Shown here piece by piece: positions 26,101 to 37,782 of a stretch of 64,000 nucleotides of DNA. Made by a program: the position numbers and the translations under genes. Under the pieces are notes generated by a model that saw only the letters and a list, made by a program, of their open reading frames with translations, searched no databases and was not told where the DNA came from. The stretch is from NCBI GenBank assembly GCA_965112735.1, contig OZ218954.1, forward strand, positions 1,488,001 to 1,552,000, read 5' to 3'. This DNA comes from Phaeosaccion multiseriatum. Its lineage: Eukaryota > Protista > Ochrophyta, other classes. Numbering within the stretch: position 1 is the stretch's first letter; every line of letters begins with the position of its first letter.

Positions 26101-26429
26101 CCCCCCTCGCCTCCTCCTTCTCTTCGGTCTGAGTCCTTCCGGCTTGCTTCCTTCGCTGCAGCCTCTAGCTGAGGCAGCACCACCTCTGCCCTACCCCCCA
26201 CCTCCTCGATGCGCACCGACACTTCATCAGTGAGCTTGACGAGGTCGTCGAACAGCTCGTGCGCGTAGGTGGCGAGGGCCCCCAACTGGGTCAGCGTGCC
26301 CAGCATAGTCGCCATAGACACGTCTTGCAGCACCTGCTGCCTCTGTTGATGAGCATCTTGCTCGTGGTAGTAAAGCTGGGGGTCTGCGAGAGATAGCGCA
26401 TCAGGGATGAGCCGCTTGGCGAGAGGCAT
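23157..26429 (-). CDS. SCAR: SCAR/WAVE family actin nucleation-promoting factor
   Basis: Exons ~26429-25857, 25619-25488, ~25275-25188, 24909-24853 and 24596-23157. WHD region (MPLAKR..LTQLGALATYAHELFDDL..LPTAL..LPALDQLD..YSNPYFFY), basic region, polyproline tract, WH2-like motifs GRGGLMDEIK and MLAAIRSGKVLKPV, then VEEIL.RR and an acidic end with Trp (DSWDDED). Confidence 0.93.
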
Positions 26430-26689
26430 AGTCAAATCAGAAGGTTCCCCAAAAAAGTGTTCTCTGCGCACCTCCCACAGGCACAAGGCCTGTCAGAGGG
26501 ACACGTCAGCCGTGGAAAATTCTCTTTAGAGAGTGCCTGCCAAAGCGGTGCTTCGACTGTGCGCAATCGCCGCAGGCAGGAAGAGGGAAAGTGTCGACGA
26601 CGTGGATGACCAACCGCCTTTTATAACTGAAGCTCCTCGATCCTCTCAAACAAAAAAAACAAAGCAACAGCAGCAGCAGCAGAGAAGAG

Positions 26690-26720
<31 letters not shown>

Positions 26721-26837
26721 GCAATCATACAGTACACAGCACATCTCGAATGGAAGAGCACGGGCCATTCGCTAAGCCATAGCAACGGCTTTGGGTGATG
26801 AAGAAGGAGGTGACTGGCAGTGTTTTTCCAGAGGATT

Positions 26838-28716
26838 ATGGCTCAGCAACAACAGAAGCAACATGAGCAGCACCAGCATCAGAGACACCTTCAGCGGAAC
26901 AGCGAAAGTCAGATACGGAAGTTGTCGGAAGCCCTGGGGATCTTCAAAGAGAAGTTGGGCGAGAAAGTGCACCGCAGCCGAAGGACGACAGGAGGCATAG
27001 GAGCAGAAGCAGCAACAGGAGGAGGGGGAGGAGGCGAAGGTACTACAGCCGGGCGCCATGCAGTCCACTCTGGAGGAGGAGAGCAAGTTCAATGGGAGGG
27101 ACTTCCCCTCGAAGGTGACAAAAACACCAGTCAGACCCCTTGCTTCCCCATTTATTGATGTGCCAATGCCGCGCCCCTCTTGATTGCGCGTACGTGGATG
27201 AGTCCCACGGAACTTCGATCTGCCTTGCTTTACGCCTCCCTCCTCATTCTCCCCCTCTCTTCCTTTGGGGCGTCTGCTACCGCAGCCCTACTCGACCAAA
27301 AGTGTCTCACCAGAGATGAGACCTCGCTGATTCAAGAGAGAATGCGCAACCTAGTGCCTAGGAAGGAGCTGCACCCAGGCGCAGTGGGGGCTAGGGCGAG
27401 AAAGGACATGGGCGTGAGTCCCGTCAGGTACGCGGGTGAGAGGGAGATGAGCCCTGAGGCCCTAAGCTTCGTTTCATTGCGTGTATGGTGGTGGTGCTGA
27501 CGTTGTATGTCTCGAATGCCTTTCCTTTCCTCGCCTCGTAGAATGGTTTCGCCAACCAAACCTCATCTACGGCCTCAGTTCCTGCAAGAATATGGTAAAG
27601 GCGCGCTTGCGAGCTGTGCCGCAGCGCCATCTGGAGATATAGAACCACCACAATTACCACCACCACCACCACCACCACCACCAGCAGCAGCAGCAGCAGT
27701 TGGTGGTACAGCGGCGGCAGCAGCGCCAGAAACAGGAACAGTGGATGGGGACAATGGTGATGAACACAGTGCTGGGACGAACACGGAAGGGTTCTTGTTC
27801 TTGGGAATGGGACAAGGCGAGAGGAGTAAAGTGAAGGCACAGTCTTTGACAGCCCTTACCCTTGGAGGGGTGGACAGCGAAGGAGCAGCCCCCCCATCGC
27901 CTTCTCTGTGGAGAAAAAACAGCAAACCCCGGGGTGCAGGGAAGGGAGGAGCAGGAACAGAGGATAATACTCTTTCGAGGCAAGCGCCCTCCCCCAAGAC
28001 GCCGAAGTCGCCCTCTCCCTCGCTGGGCTCTCCTTTCGGAGGTATCCCCGGCTTTGGGAGGGCCTTTCCTCTATTGGGAGGAAGGAGTAGATCACAGAAG
28101 GGGAAAGAGGAGGCAGTAGCGACGACAGCACCTGAGAAACCACCCTTCTCCTCTTCCTCCCCAATGTCGCCGGCGGAGGCACCAGCAGGGCCTCCGGCAC
28201 CGCTCGCACCGGCCGTGATTCAGTTCAACAACAGCAATAGCACCAAGAAGGAGGGCAGGCAGCAGCAGCAGCAGCAGCAGGAGCAGTTGGTGATACAGCA
28301 GCAAGGACCCAATCACTGTGCGGGTAGCAACCCAAAGTATCACATATGGACGAACAGCTTTTCCGCCCCACCGCTGCCACCAAAAGGCGGCGTGGGCGGG
28401 GGCGGAGGGCTGGGGTTGGGGGAAGCGGGGACGCAGAGGACGGGCCACAGGCAGGAGTCGTCAGAAGGAGAAACGCTCTCGCGAAGGCAGGAGGCAGGAG
28501 AAGGGGAGCAGGAGGGGAGGCAGGAGGGAGGGGAGGAGCAGGAGCAGGAGCAGGAGCAGCAGCTGCAGGAGGAAGAGGAAGAGGCGCCACACCCAGGCGG
28601 GACTGGACCGGGTGAGGATGAGAGCGTGGCATGGCAATGGCAATGGCAGCAGCAGAATCTGCATGGTGGAAGCACAGAAAAAGTAGAGGGTGGGGGCAAT
28701 GGTTGGGAGAACCTGT

Positions 28717-28747
<31 letters not shown>

Positions 28748-28975
28748 TAGTAGTAGTTGTTGTTGTAGCAGCAGCAGCGAGCACCGTAGTGATCCGGCAG
28801 GGAAGCTCAATGTCCAAACAGCCCAGAATGGATTCGAGCATGGGGCGACGGAGCTTACTCCCCTGACTTTTCCCGCGGGAGTTGGCAGTGGTGGAGGCGG
28901 ATACAGCAGTGGCGGCGATGGTGGGCTTTTTAGCCCAAGTGCTGGGCGTTGCAAGGTTCCGTTCGAGAGTAACAG

Positions 28976-29012
<37 letters not shown>

Positions 29013-29396
29013 TGCAGCAAGAGGAGCAGGAGCAGGAGCAGCAGCTGGAGCAGTAGCAGCAGCAGCCGTAGTAACAGCAGGAGTGAAGGTGGAGGTGAAG
29101 GCGGGGGCGAGCGAAGGGGAGCGAGGCGCCCCCGCAGCGACACGACCTCTCCCGTCCCCTGCAGCCCGGTGAGCCCCCGCCCCCGGGGGACTGTCGACTA
29201 TACAGGAATGTCCGCCGAGCTATCTGTTCTCGTGGGCGTGGGCGCGGGAGGGGCGGGGAGCGGCGGCGAAGAGTCGTCCCTTCTTCCTGGAGGAGCAATG
29301 AGGGGGGTGGGGGGCGTGCCGGCCGTGGCACTCTATCCCTTCACGAAGGAGTTTCCAGGTACTACAAGAACGGAGAAAGGTTCCACTTTCTGTGTA

Positions 29397-29428
<32 letters not shown>

Positions 29429-30004
29429 TGTGTGCATGTCGCCTTTGGGTGCACAAACCGCATGACACCGCGTCTGAGGTTCAAAGGGTCGCTTGCCCAC
29501 AACTCCAGGGTGCCTGTTTGCACCTTTCGATAGCTGGCTTCCCATCTGACCTACCCAACACACCCACTCCCCCCCCTTTCTCCGACTGGTTTGGTACCCG
29601 TCCATTGTGGCGCAGATTGGCAAGTGGACCTGCAGGAAGGGGACGTCGTAATGGTGCTGACGCTCCACCGCGACGATTGGGTGGAGGTGGTCAAGGCGGA
29701 TGGCAGTAGAGGGGCGGTGCCTTGGCCCTACATAAAGCTTGAGACGGAGCAGAAAACCAGAATCGAAACTGGCACTGAGCAGCAGCAACAGCAGCAGCAG
29801 CAGGAGGAGGAGGAGGAGGAGGAGGAAGACGAGGAGGGAGGGGAGGGGGAGGAGGAGGTGTGGGCCAAAGGAGACAAAGGCACTCATAGCTGCACCCGCA
29901 CCAGCAGTAGCAGCAGAAACAGCAGCAGTAAACCCCACAAGCGAGAGGGCAGAGAGGATGTCCCAACCGCAAGCCCTGCCCACAGAGATAAGGCCAGGCC
30001 GTGA
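26838..30004 (+). CDS. Abi (Abl-interactor)-like protein: Abi helix/HHR-like N-terminus, low-complexity middle, SH3 domain
   Basis: SESQIRKLSEALGIFKEKLG resembles Abi MESSINHISQTVDIHKEKV. Spliced PVRMVSPTKP..FLQEYGKG resembles Abi PVRYIRKPIDY..LDD.GHG. SH3 split by intron 29359-29615: AVALYPFTKEFPDWQVDLQEGDVV.V....DDWVEV...G.RGAVPWPYI. 3' end may instead splice to 30252-30497. Confidence 0.7.
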
Positions 30005-30710
30005 GAAAGTCACTCCGCAGATGGAGCAGAGGCAGCAGCAGGCCAAGATGCCTTTTATTGACGAAGTATGCGCCCCTACGATACACCAATCTGCATGTGA
30101 TATTCGTCCCATTTGTCCAGTTGTCGAGGGCCATGGTATATATATAGACTTGTAGAAAGACAAAAACAAGCCATCTGAGCCACTGACTGACTGAACCACT
30201 GGCTTGCTGGCTGCCTCATGGAGAGTCACTACCTGCTTTCCCCACCCCCAGCAACCACGGGTACGAATCGCCACAGAGAGGGGGAGGGAGATGGGCGAGC
30301 AAGTGACCTCCCCGTCGCCGAACTCCGGCGCTCTCTCTCCTCTGGTGCTCTCTCCTCAGCCAGTCTCAGCAAAGGACCCAAAAGACTGCGTGGCCACAGG
30401 CACGGACACCGGTACTCTGCTCCTGCCGTCCGCAGCAGAGCCGCAGCAGGCGCTGAAGTCGTCTCCACGCGCAGACATGCACGAGGCACACCAGTAGTAC
30501 CATACGTAAGCAGCGGTGCCCAACAGTAGCAGTCACCGCCCCGACTGTGTGTAAACTCACCAACCCAAAAATGCCTCCACAGCCAGCGCGCCGGGGGGCG
30601 GGCGGGTGGGCAACACGTCCCACCTTCCGACCAAAGCAACACACGCCCTCGTGACCAGTCCAGACCAGGGACTCGTTACCAAAATCAGTCCTCACAGGAG
30701 AGAGGCGCCA

Positions 30711-32468
30711 TCAGATGAGCTTGGGGAATATCTCCCCTGCAAACTGTCCGCCCTGCAGCGACCGCTTCACCTTCTTCTCAAACTGCCCGATGTTCTGCCT
30801 GTAGAGCTCCGCGGCTTCGTGGTTCAGAGGGTCGTCGGGGTTGGGCTCGTAAAAGAGGTAAATGAGGCCGTAGATGACTGCGTTGATGTCCAGCACCGGC
30901 TTTTGGGTTTCGATTTGGGGTTGGTTGGGTTGGGTTTGGTTTGATTTCGGTCGATGTGTCCAATACGGCAAGCAACGGAGGGTGGGGGCCAGGGGGAGTA
31001 AGAAGAAGACACCAGACAGAGCGAGGAGGACGGGGAGGAGGGTGGTAGGAAGGAAGGCAAACGACGGGCCAAATGCACGCTCGTAGAGTGTTGTCATCGT
31101 ACACAACAAGCTTAAGCAGGGGCAACCCGCGTATGCTTCGTAGAGTCGACCACGGGCGCCCACACAGACACACACATTCTAGCCTCTATTCTACGCTCTT
31201 CTTACGTGTACACGGGAACACAAAGGGGTCCTACCCACATCCTCGCCCACCCACCTAACTACCCCCTACCCATCCCCGTCCCGACCCCCTTTCCATACGG
31301 CAGGCGGAGGGAATGAAGCGTCTCTCTCACCTTCCAGTCCTCCCTAAGAATGTTGAGGCATACATTGCCCTGCAGGTTGATATTGGGGTGGTAGATTTTC
31401 GTTTTACAGAGCACCTGAGATGGGTGGGATGTTTCGAGCGAGAGGCAAGACGATCGAACAAAGAGAACAACAGAGGGTGGGGGGGAGGCGTGTGTCAGGA
31501 GTCTTTTCACGCACAAACACACACATATGCACACATGCACGCACACAAAGAATGGGGGACATACGGATGTGGTTTCTACACACGGATCCCGAGAGGAAAG
31601 TAAAAAAAGAGGACTGGAAAGAGGACGGGAGAGTATACAAAGGGAAGAAGAGAGGACTGAGGGGGAAGGGGAACCAACACGCGAGAAGGAGAGGGGGTGG
31701 AAAGCAAGAGAACCGAGAGACGAGATAGACAGACACAGACAGAGGGAATAGACACGGCACTTGTTTGGGATTTCTTTTACCTTTGGCGGATCATGTGGGT
31801 AAAGGGCGGGTATCGTGAAACTGAAGTCATAGCAAGCTCCCTTCCAGAAGCCGGTGTCGGGCTTGCACTTGACGTTGAAGGAGGTCAGGTTGTTGGGGTC
31901 GGGGAAGGTGACGTCTGCCACGTCTCCTCCATCGAGCTCGGCAATATCTGCGCCGCCGCCGCCAACAAAAGAGGGGAAGGGGGAGGAGGGTCGCCAAAAC
32001 GAGGAGTCAAAATGGAAGGGGGGCGCCGGAGACACACACAGAGAAAGAGAGAGAAGGGAGGGAAAGGAACACAGAGGTTAGCGGCACGGTAACCCATGTG
32101 TTTGTGTATCATCCAGCTTCGCGGAAAGAACCACAGCCACCGCAGCCACACGGCCGTGGTGCCTCATCCACTTTTTCCCTCTATCCTCTTCCTCTTTCCC
32201 CGCCCCGGGCACCACCCTCACCTTTCTGGATTCTGATCTCCCCCGGGGTCTTACGCTGTGCAGCAGGCTTCTTGTCCTTCTTCAACCGTCTCCCACCGAT
32301 GCCGAGTAGCTTGACCCCTCCTGCCGCCGCTGGCTCTGTTGGCTCCGCCCCCCCTTCCTCCGCTGCTGGTCCTGGGGATGCAGCAGCTGCTGCTAACTCA
32401 GCCGCCGCGGCTTGCTCGGCCTCCTCCGCCTTCTTCTCATCCGCCTCCTTCTTCTTCAATCTGAGCAT
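30711..32468 (-). CDS. UBC12: NEDD8-conjugating enzyme Ubc12
   Basis: Exons ~32468-32222, 31947-31780, 31413-31331 and 30899-30711. MLRL N-terminus, [62 protein letters not shown]. Confidence 0.95.
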
Positions 32469-33105
32469 CCTGCCCTCGGCCGCTCACACCTTCCCCCCTT
32501 TCCCTCTCTATTTACCAGAACGATGCCTGCTCGGGGGATGACCGACAAGACGTGTCCCCTCCGTCGCCTTTGAGCGTAAATCTTTTGGCAAGGAGGACAC
32601 ACAAACACCCACTCCCTTCCTTGGCAGCCTGTGCTACTCCAGAGCCTCCACTATAAACGATGCGTGCGCAAAGACTGTGAAAGAGTCGAAAAATGGAGGG
32701 AAATCCCCGGGGGCTCCTTGGCGTTGTTGGGTATGAAGAATGGGCCTTTTTTTTTTCCCTTCTCTGCTTCTTTCTTCTTTCCTCTCTTCCTCTTCCTTCT
32801 TACGGCCTGCAAGCGGCCTGGTGGCCACCGGTACATCTGAACAAGACAGGTAAGAGAGGAGGAAGTGTGCTACGCGTACTAGTGGCAAACCCTTGGAGAG
32901 GATCTGTGCCCCTCGGTCTGGAAGCAATGCCTTTGTCTTCTACACATCACATTCCTTCTTTCATCCCCTTCTCTCCCTCTTGGGAGCCTGGATGTTCCTC
33001 CCTATTTAGACAAAGCATCCGCTCGAGCATAATGAATCCTCACCCCTCTGCATGCCCCTCCATATCCTCCCTCCTTGCTCGCCACCATAGTACAAGCCAG
33101 AGGAG

Positions 33106-34764
33106 ATGTCGCCAGCCGAAAGAGAGGGCGGCCGGCGGTCAGTGCTACGTAGCCTGGGGGGTTGGGCGGCAGTCACTGCGGTATTCACGTTCTCGACCTT
33201 TAAGGGTGATGGAAAAGGAGGTGAGCTTGGAGCTGTGGAGCTGTCCGTCTTCGTGACGGCCATCCTCACGGCCTCGATTTACTTCGGCTCCAGTCTGTTT
33301 GTGGGCCTGGGACACTCCCCATTATCGAAGTCGGACACAGCCGGCAGCAGCAGTGCGGTTGATGCCGTCTCTACCGCTCCAAAGGGCTTCTTCCGCTTTC
33401 GCAATGTCTACCTTCTCGTGCATCTGTTAGCGACGCTCGCAGACTTCATGATGGGACCGTACCTCTATGAGCTGTACTCAGAGAAGGGCTTTGAGATTAA
33501 GGACATTGGGCTGCTCTTCACCGCCGGCTTCGTGTCTGCCGGGGTGGCCAGCATGTGCATCGGTGCGGCTGTGGACAAGTTCGGGCGGCGCAAAGGCTGC
33601 CTGGCGTCCTGCTTCCTGCACGTTCTGCAGTGCCTCATGCTTAGGTCAGGGAGCTACCGCGTTTTGTTTCTGGGGCGGGCCATTTCCGGAGTGGCGTACG
33701 CCCTTTTTGCCACGTCCTATGAGTGCTGGATGGTGGACGAGCACCACAGCAGAGGCTTCCCCTCGGCTCTGCTGGGAAGAACTTTCAGCCAATACGTGCA
33801 GGGTATGGGGTTGGTAGCTGTGGGCGCCGGCCATATATCGGGCATCGGGGTGGACAAGGGCTGGGGCATCCAGGCCCCATTCGACTTGTCAGCGGCAACG
33901 GGCGTGGTCGTAGCAGCGCTGCTCATGCTGATGTGGACGGAGAACTACGGCACCCCACAGGCAGGCAGCAGCAGCAGCGGAGGTGTCGGTACCGCACTGC
34001 GTGACGCCTTGGGCAACACCCGTCTCGCCTGCAAGCAGATCGCCTCCAACCCCAAGACTCTGTGCGTTGGTCTGTACCAGTCCTTCTTTGAGAGCGCGAT
34101 GCTCACCTTTGTCGTCATGTGGACGCCGGTGCTGGACGCAGCGGCCGAGCAAGACGCCGCAAGGAGAGGACTTCCCTCCGTGAGCATTCACCACGGCGGC
34201 GTGTTCACGGGCTTTATGATCGCGGTGATGGGTGGCAGCACGGCCTTTGGCTTCCTGACGGAGGTGCTACCCTACAAGTGGAGGATGAGCTCCGAGAAGG
34301 TGCTGCTGTGGGTGGGCTTTGTAAGTATGACGTGCATGTACACCGTCGCCAGCTTCGAAACGCCCGCCTTCCTCATGGCGGCCATGCTCGTGTTTGAGGG
34401 GTGTGTGGGCGTGTACTTCCCGGCCATCGGCACGATGAGGTCCAGATACATCGAGGACAGCGCACGCGGCACTGTGATGAACTTGTTTCGGGTGCTGCTC
34501 AATGCGATTGTGGTCATCATGCTGACAGGGCCCATCGGCAGCGACTGGGAGCTGAGCGTCAAGAAGCACGTGGTGTTTGGCATCTGTACGGCTCTGTTGG
34601 CGGCTGCGGTGCTCGTTCAGATGTATCTTCTGCACAGCACTAGGAACAGTGGTAGCAGCGGTAGCAGCACCACAAAAGTGGAAAAGGACAGCAGCAGCAG
34701 CAGCAGCAGCAATGCTCCCGATGATGATGTCCCCCTCTTGGACAATGTCGCAGTCAACGCGTGA
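33106..34764 (+). CDS. MFS transporter of the MFSD5/MOT2 (molybdate-anion transporter) family, intronless
   Basis: FFRFRNVYLLV..LATLADFMMGPYLYELY, DKFGRRKGC, LGRAISG, YECWMVDEH, WTENYG, QSFFESAMLTFVVMWTP, FEGCVGVYFP, RGTVMNLFRV.LN. Confidence 0.88.
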   Translation: MSPAEREGGRRSVLRSLGGWAAVTAVFTFSTFKGDGKGGELGAVELSVFVTAILTASIYFGSSLFVGLGHSPLSKSDTAGSSSAVDAVSTAPKGFFRFRNVYLLVHLLATLADFMMGPYLYELYSEKGFEIKDIGLLFTAGFVSAGVASMCIGAAVDKFGRRKGCLASCFLHVLQCLMLRSGSYRVLFLGRAISGVAYALFATSYECWMVDEHHSRGFPSALLGRTFSQYVQGMGLVAVGAGHISGIGVDKGWGIQAPFDLSAATGVVVAALLMLMWTENYGTPQAGSSSSGGVGTALRDALGNTRLACKQIASNPKTLCVGLYQSFFESAMLTFVVMWTPVLDAAAEQDAARRGLPSVSIHHGGVFTGFMIAVMGGSTAFGFLTEVLPYKWRMSSEKVLLWVGFVSMTCMYTVASFETPAFLMAAMLVFEGCVGVYFPAIGTMRSRYIEDSARGTVMNLFRVLLNAIVVIMLTGPIGSDWELSVKKHVVFGICTALLAAAVLVQMYLLHSTRNSGSSGSSTTKVEKDSSSSSSSNAPDDDVPLLDNVAVNA

Positions 34765-36545
34765 TAGAGTCTCACGTTAAATAGAGTCTCAATTTGCCAA
34801 GTGAGAGGAGGGAGTGCATTGGTGTACCATTGTGGATGTCAGTGCTCCATGGCCAGGCTCTTCCCCTTGTCTCTGCTCCGCGCACTTGCTGGTGAATCAT
34901 TTGTGAACTGGGGAAGGCGCAGTTGCCGCGCTCGATCTAAATGGCGTGCCCATCGAGAGACCTCCTCATTTTAGAATTGTGCAGTCGTCGTCCTGGAGAG
35001 CACAAAGACGAGCATCATCAGCACCAGTAGGTCTATGACTCGCCAGCGCTACTTTTCGGCAGGCACTCGTTCTTAGTCCCTTGGCTGTGGGCATCCCCCA
35101 CCAGAAGCTCGTAGTGAAGGAGGCGTGCTGGTGCAAGTGGTGCTGCTCAGTCCTCAGAGCGGCTAAAGAGTTTGAGCAGAGACCTCCTCAAGGGGGGCAA
35201 CAAAGAGAGTCATGCCGCTCTGCTCTCGTTGGTGTGCCCTTGGCCAATATAGGGACATGGGGCACGGGCTTCTCTCACTACTTCGCCGTGGAGCTTCTCG
35301 GGGCCCAGGGGGGGGGGGGGGGACGAGGAAGGCCCTTCGTGGGCAGTATCACGCTTTTCTCTGCGCAGCGCAAGAGTTCGAGGTGCAGCTGAGCAAAGGG
35401 CTTCATCAAGCGTAGAGATGGCAGCCCAGGGGAGAAGCGCTGCAAGAGCTGCAGAGCAGTCGACACCAAGCGCAGCAGGGAGAGCTTCCCTGAGCAGGGC
35501 GGACGAGTGTAATCGATAGAGGCGGCAGAACTCCAAGGGGAAGAGGCAGCAAGACACCAAGAACAGGGGGCTGAAAGAGACTAGGATGAGGGACACAAAG
35601 AGGCGGGACTGACGAGAACGCAGCAGCGTAGAGCGGATGAAGGACGCAGCGAGGAAAAGGAAGAGCAGACAGAGTCAAGGAGGAGAAAAGGGACCTGAGT
35701 TAACAATGATTGTGGATTCATTCCTTCCGCTTTCGCCGGCGCTGATGCCTATGAGCCCTTTGGAAGGTCTGGACTAAATCACTCGTCAATGCACGTGTCG
35801 TTCGTCGTGCTTTATCCGGGCAGCAAGTCAGCCTCTCAAAGTTGACCTTCTGTGAAGAGCGGCCCTCACTCGGTCGACCGCTATCCTCAGGCAAACTGGG
35901 CGTTTGAGGAAGCTTTAGCCCCCTGACTTCGACCTCAGTCAAAAGCGTGGTGGTGAGATTGTAACGGCCTCGCGGAAACCGCGAAGCTCTCCGCCACGTT
36001 CAGGGACAGTCTAGAGTCCCATAACCATCGAGCACACGCTCAAAACGAGAGGGAGGGGTGTGTGTAGTAGCAGTAAGACTCTTACAGTCGCCGGCGGCAC
36101 CCTCCTGCGTCGTTGCCGCTGCCTTCTGCTGCTGCTGCTCCTCCTCCTCAGTGTCGCACGGGACACAACCGAGAATCACCTTTGCTGCTCCGGCACCCTC
36201 GTAGGTTTCTATGGCATCCCCGGCGCAACGTAAGAGGGCTTTCTGTCTCATTTCACGCTCCTTAAGTGCGTCAAATTTGAATGAAGCTCCCTCTGGAAAG
36301 CAGTGCTGCTTCCACTTCTCCGTGGTGGCCTTGTCGTACAGCGGGAAGGAATCAGGCAGAAGCCATCCATACTCATCCACCACCCTCTCACCCGACCCGA
36401 ATCTTTCCTCCGCACCCCTCCTGCACTTCGAAAGCCCCATCTCCAGCTGTCGTCATCATCTTTGCTTCCCTGACCTTCATGTGCTGCAACGAGAAGCCCC
36501 TCGCGCAAAACTCAATATAAACTCGTCGAAAAAATGCACCAAGAG

Positions 36546-36663
36546 TCGACCCCTGACGCACTATCCGCTATCCACTATCGCCGGCGCGCTATCCGCTATC
36601 GCCGGCGCCAGCCGATCCGCTATCCGCTATCGAGAATGTGCGTGATAGTGCGTCAGGGGTTGA
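36546..36663. mobile_element. MITE family A, copy 1 (TCGACCCCTGA TIRs, 6-bp TSD CAAGAG)
   Basis: Left TIR TCGACCCCTGACGCACTATC, right TIR GATAGTGCGTCAGGGGTTGA. CAAGAG at 36540-36545 and 36664-36669. Internal (G)CTATC repeats. Confidence 0.85.
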
Positions 36664-36815
36664 CAAGAGGTCAGCGAAGAGCTGATGGGTGCCCTCTCGC
36701 AGGTAGGGATAGGCAGCTAAGGGCCGTGTGTCCTAGATGTCCCTCAGCAAGAGTTTAGGGTTCGGTGGGCCCTCGAAGACAGGCCACACTGCAGGCATTT
36801 GAGTAACAGGTGGAT

Positions 36816-37140
36816 GAGGAGGAGGAGGAGGAGGAGAAGGGAAGGAAGAAATAGAAGAAGAAGAAGAAGAAGAAGAAGAAGAAGAAGAAGAAAGAAGAAG
36901 AAGAAGAAGAAGAAAGAAGAAGAAGAAGAAGAAGAAGAAGAAGAAGAAGAAGAAGAGGCAGGAGGAGGAGGAGGAGGAGGAGGAGGAGGAGGAGGAGGAG
37001 AAGAAGAAGAAGAAGAAGAAGAAGAAGAAGAAGAAGAAGAAGAAGAAGAAGAAGAAGAAGAAGAAGAAGAAGAAGAAGAAGAAGAAGAAGAAGAAGAAGA
37101 AGAAGAAGAAGAAGAAGAAGAAGGAGGAGGAGGAGGAGGA
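36816..37140. repeat. Compound (GAA)n/(GGA)n polypurine microsatellite
   Basis: About 320 bp almost purely purine on the + strand. Confidence 0.95.
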
Positions 37141-37782
37141 CATAGAGTGAGCAACGTTCCCAGCCCTGATGTCATATTTTTTTTACTACGTAGTACTATT
37201 CAGGAACGACTAAGAAAAGTCACATGTACCGGCAGCAAGACGAAGACACACTGTGCCCTTCCCCGAGACAATATTCTTCGAGTGACTCTTCTCTCTCTCA
37301 CCTGTAGCCAATCAGCTGTGCGCATACGCTTCTATGACTTCCTCCACCATTTACAGACGCCTGGAAACGCCAGCCTCCCGCCACAAGCTTGGTACCCCCC
37401 AAGTAGAGGAGGGCCGGTTGCGAGGGCATTCCCATCAGATACCTGCACCAGTTCGAGGAAGACACATGGGTACGCAAGCACATAAGGAGGGAAGTTTTGG
37501 GTCGAGGGGGGCAATACGCACATCAAACATATGCGTGTCGTCTTGCCAACAGCGCAGGACATACCGTGCGTCTTACCGTGTCAACGCTTCGTATTGTCTT
37601 TGAAAAGCAAGGAAGGGCAGGAGGGAGGGAGGGAGGGAGGGAGGGAGGGAGACAGGGAGGAAGGGAGGGAGACAGGGCAGGAGGGAGGGAGGGAGGCAGG
37701 GAGGGTGGAATGTAGCAAGCCCCTTCTGGTGCCATCCATGCTGTTTCCCCCCCCCCCCCCTCCTTTGTTAATTTTAACTCTC

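Noticed and set aside
35000-36530. Coding-like fragments on both strands
   Set aside because: Multiple stops and frameshifts with no recognisable motif. Probably decayed TE or gene, but unassignable without a search.
36733-37485. Poly-Glu/Arg/Ser/Phe ORFs
   Set aside because: Translation artefacts of the GAA/GGA microsatellite.
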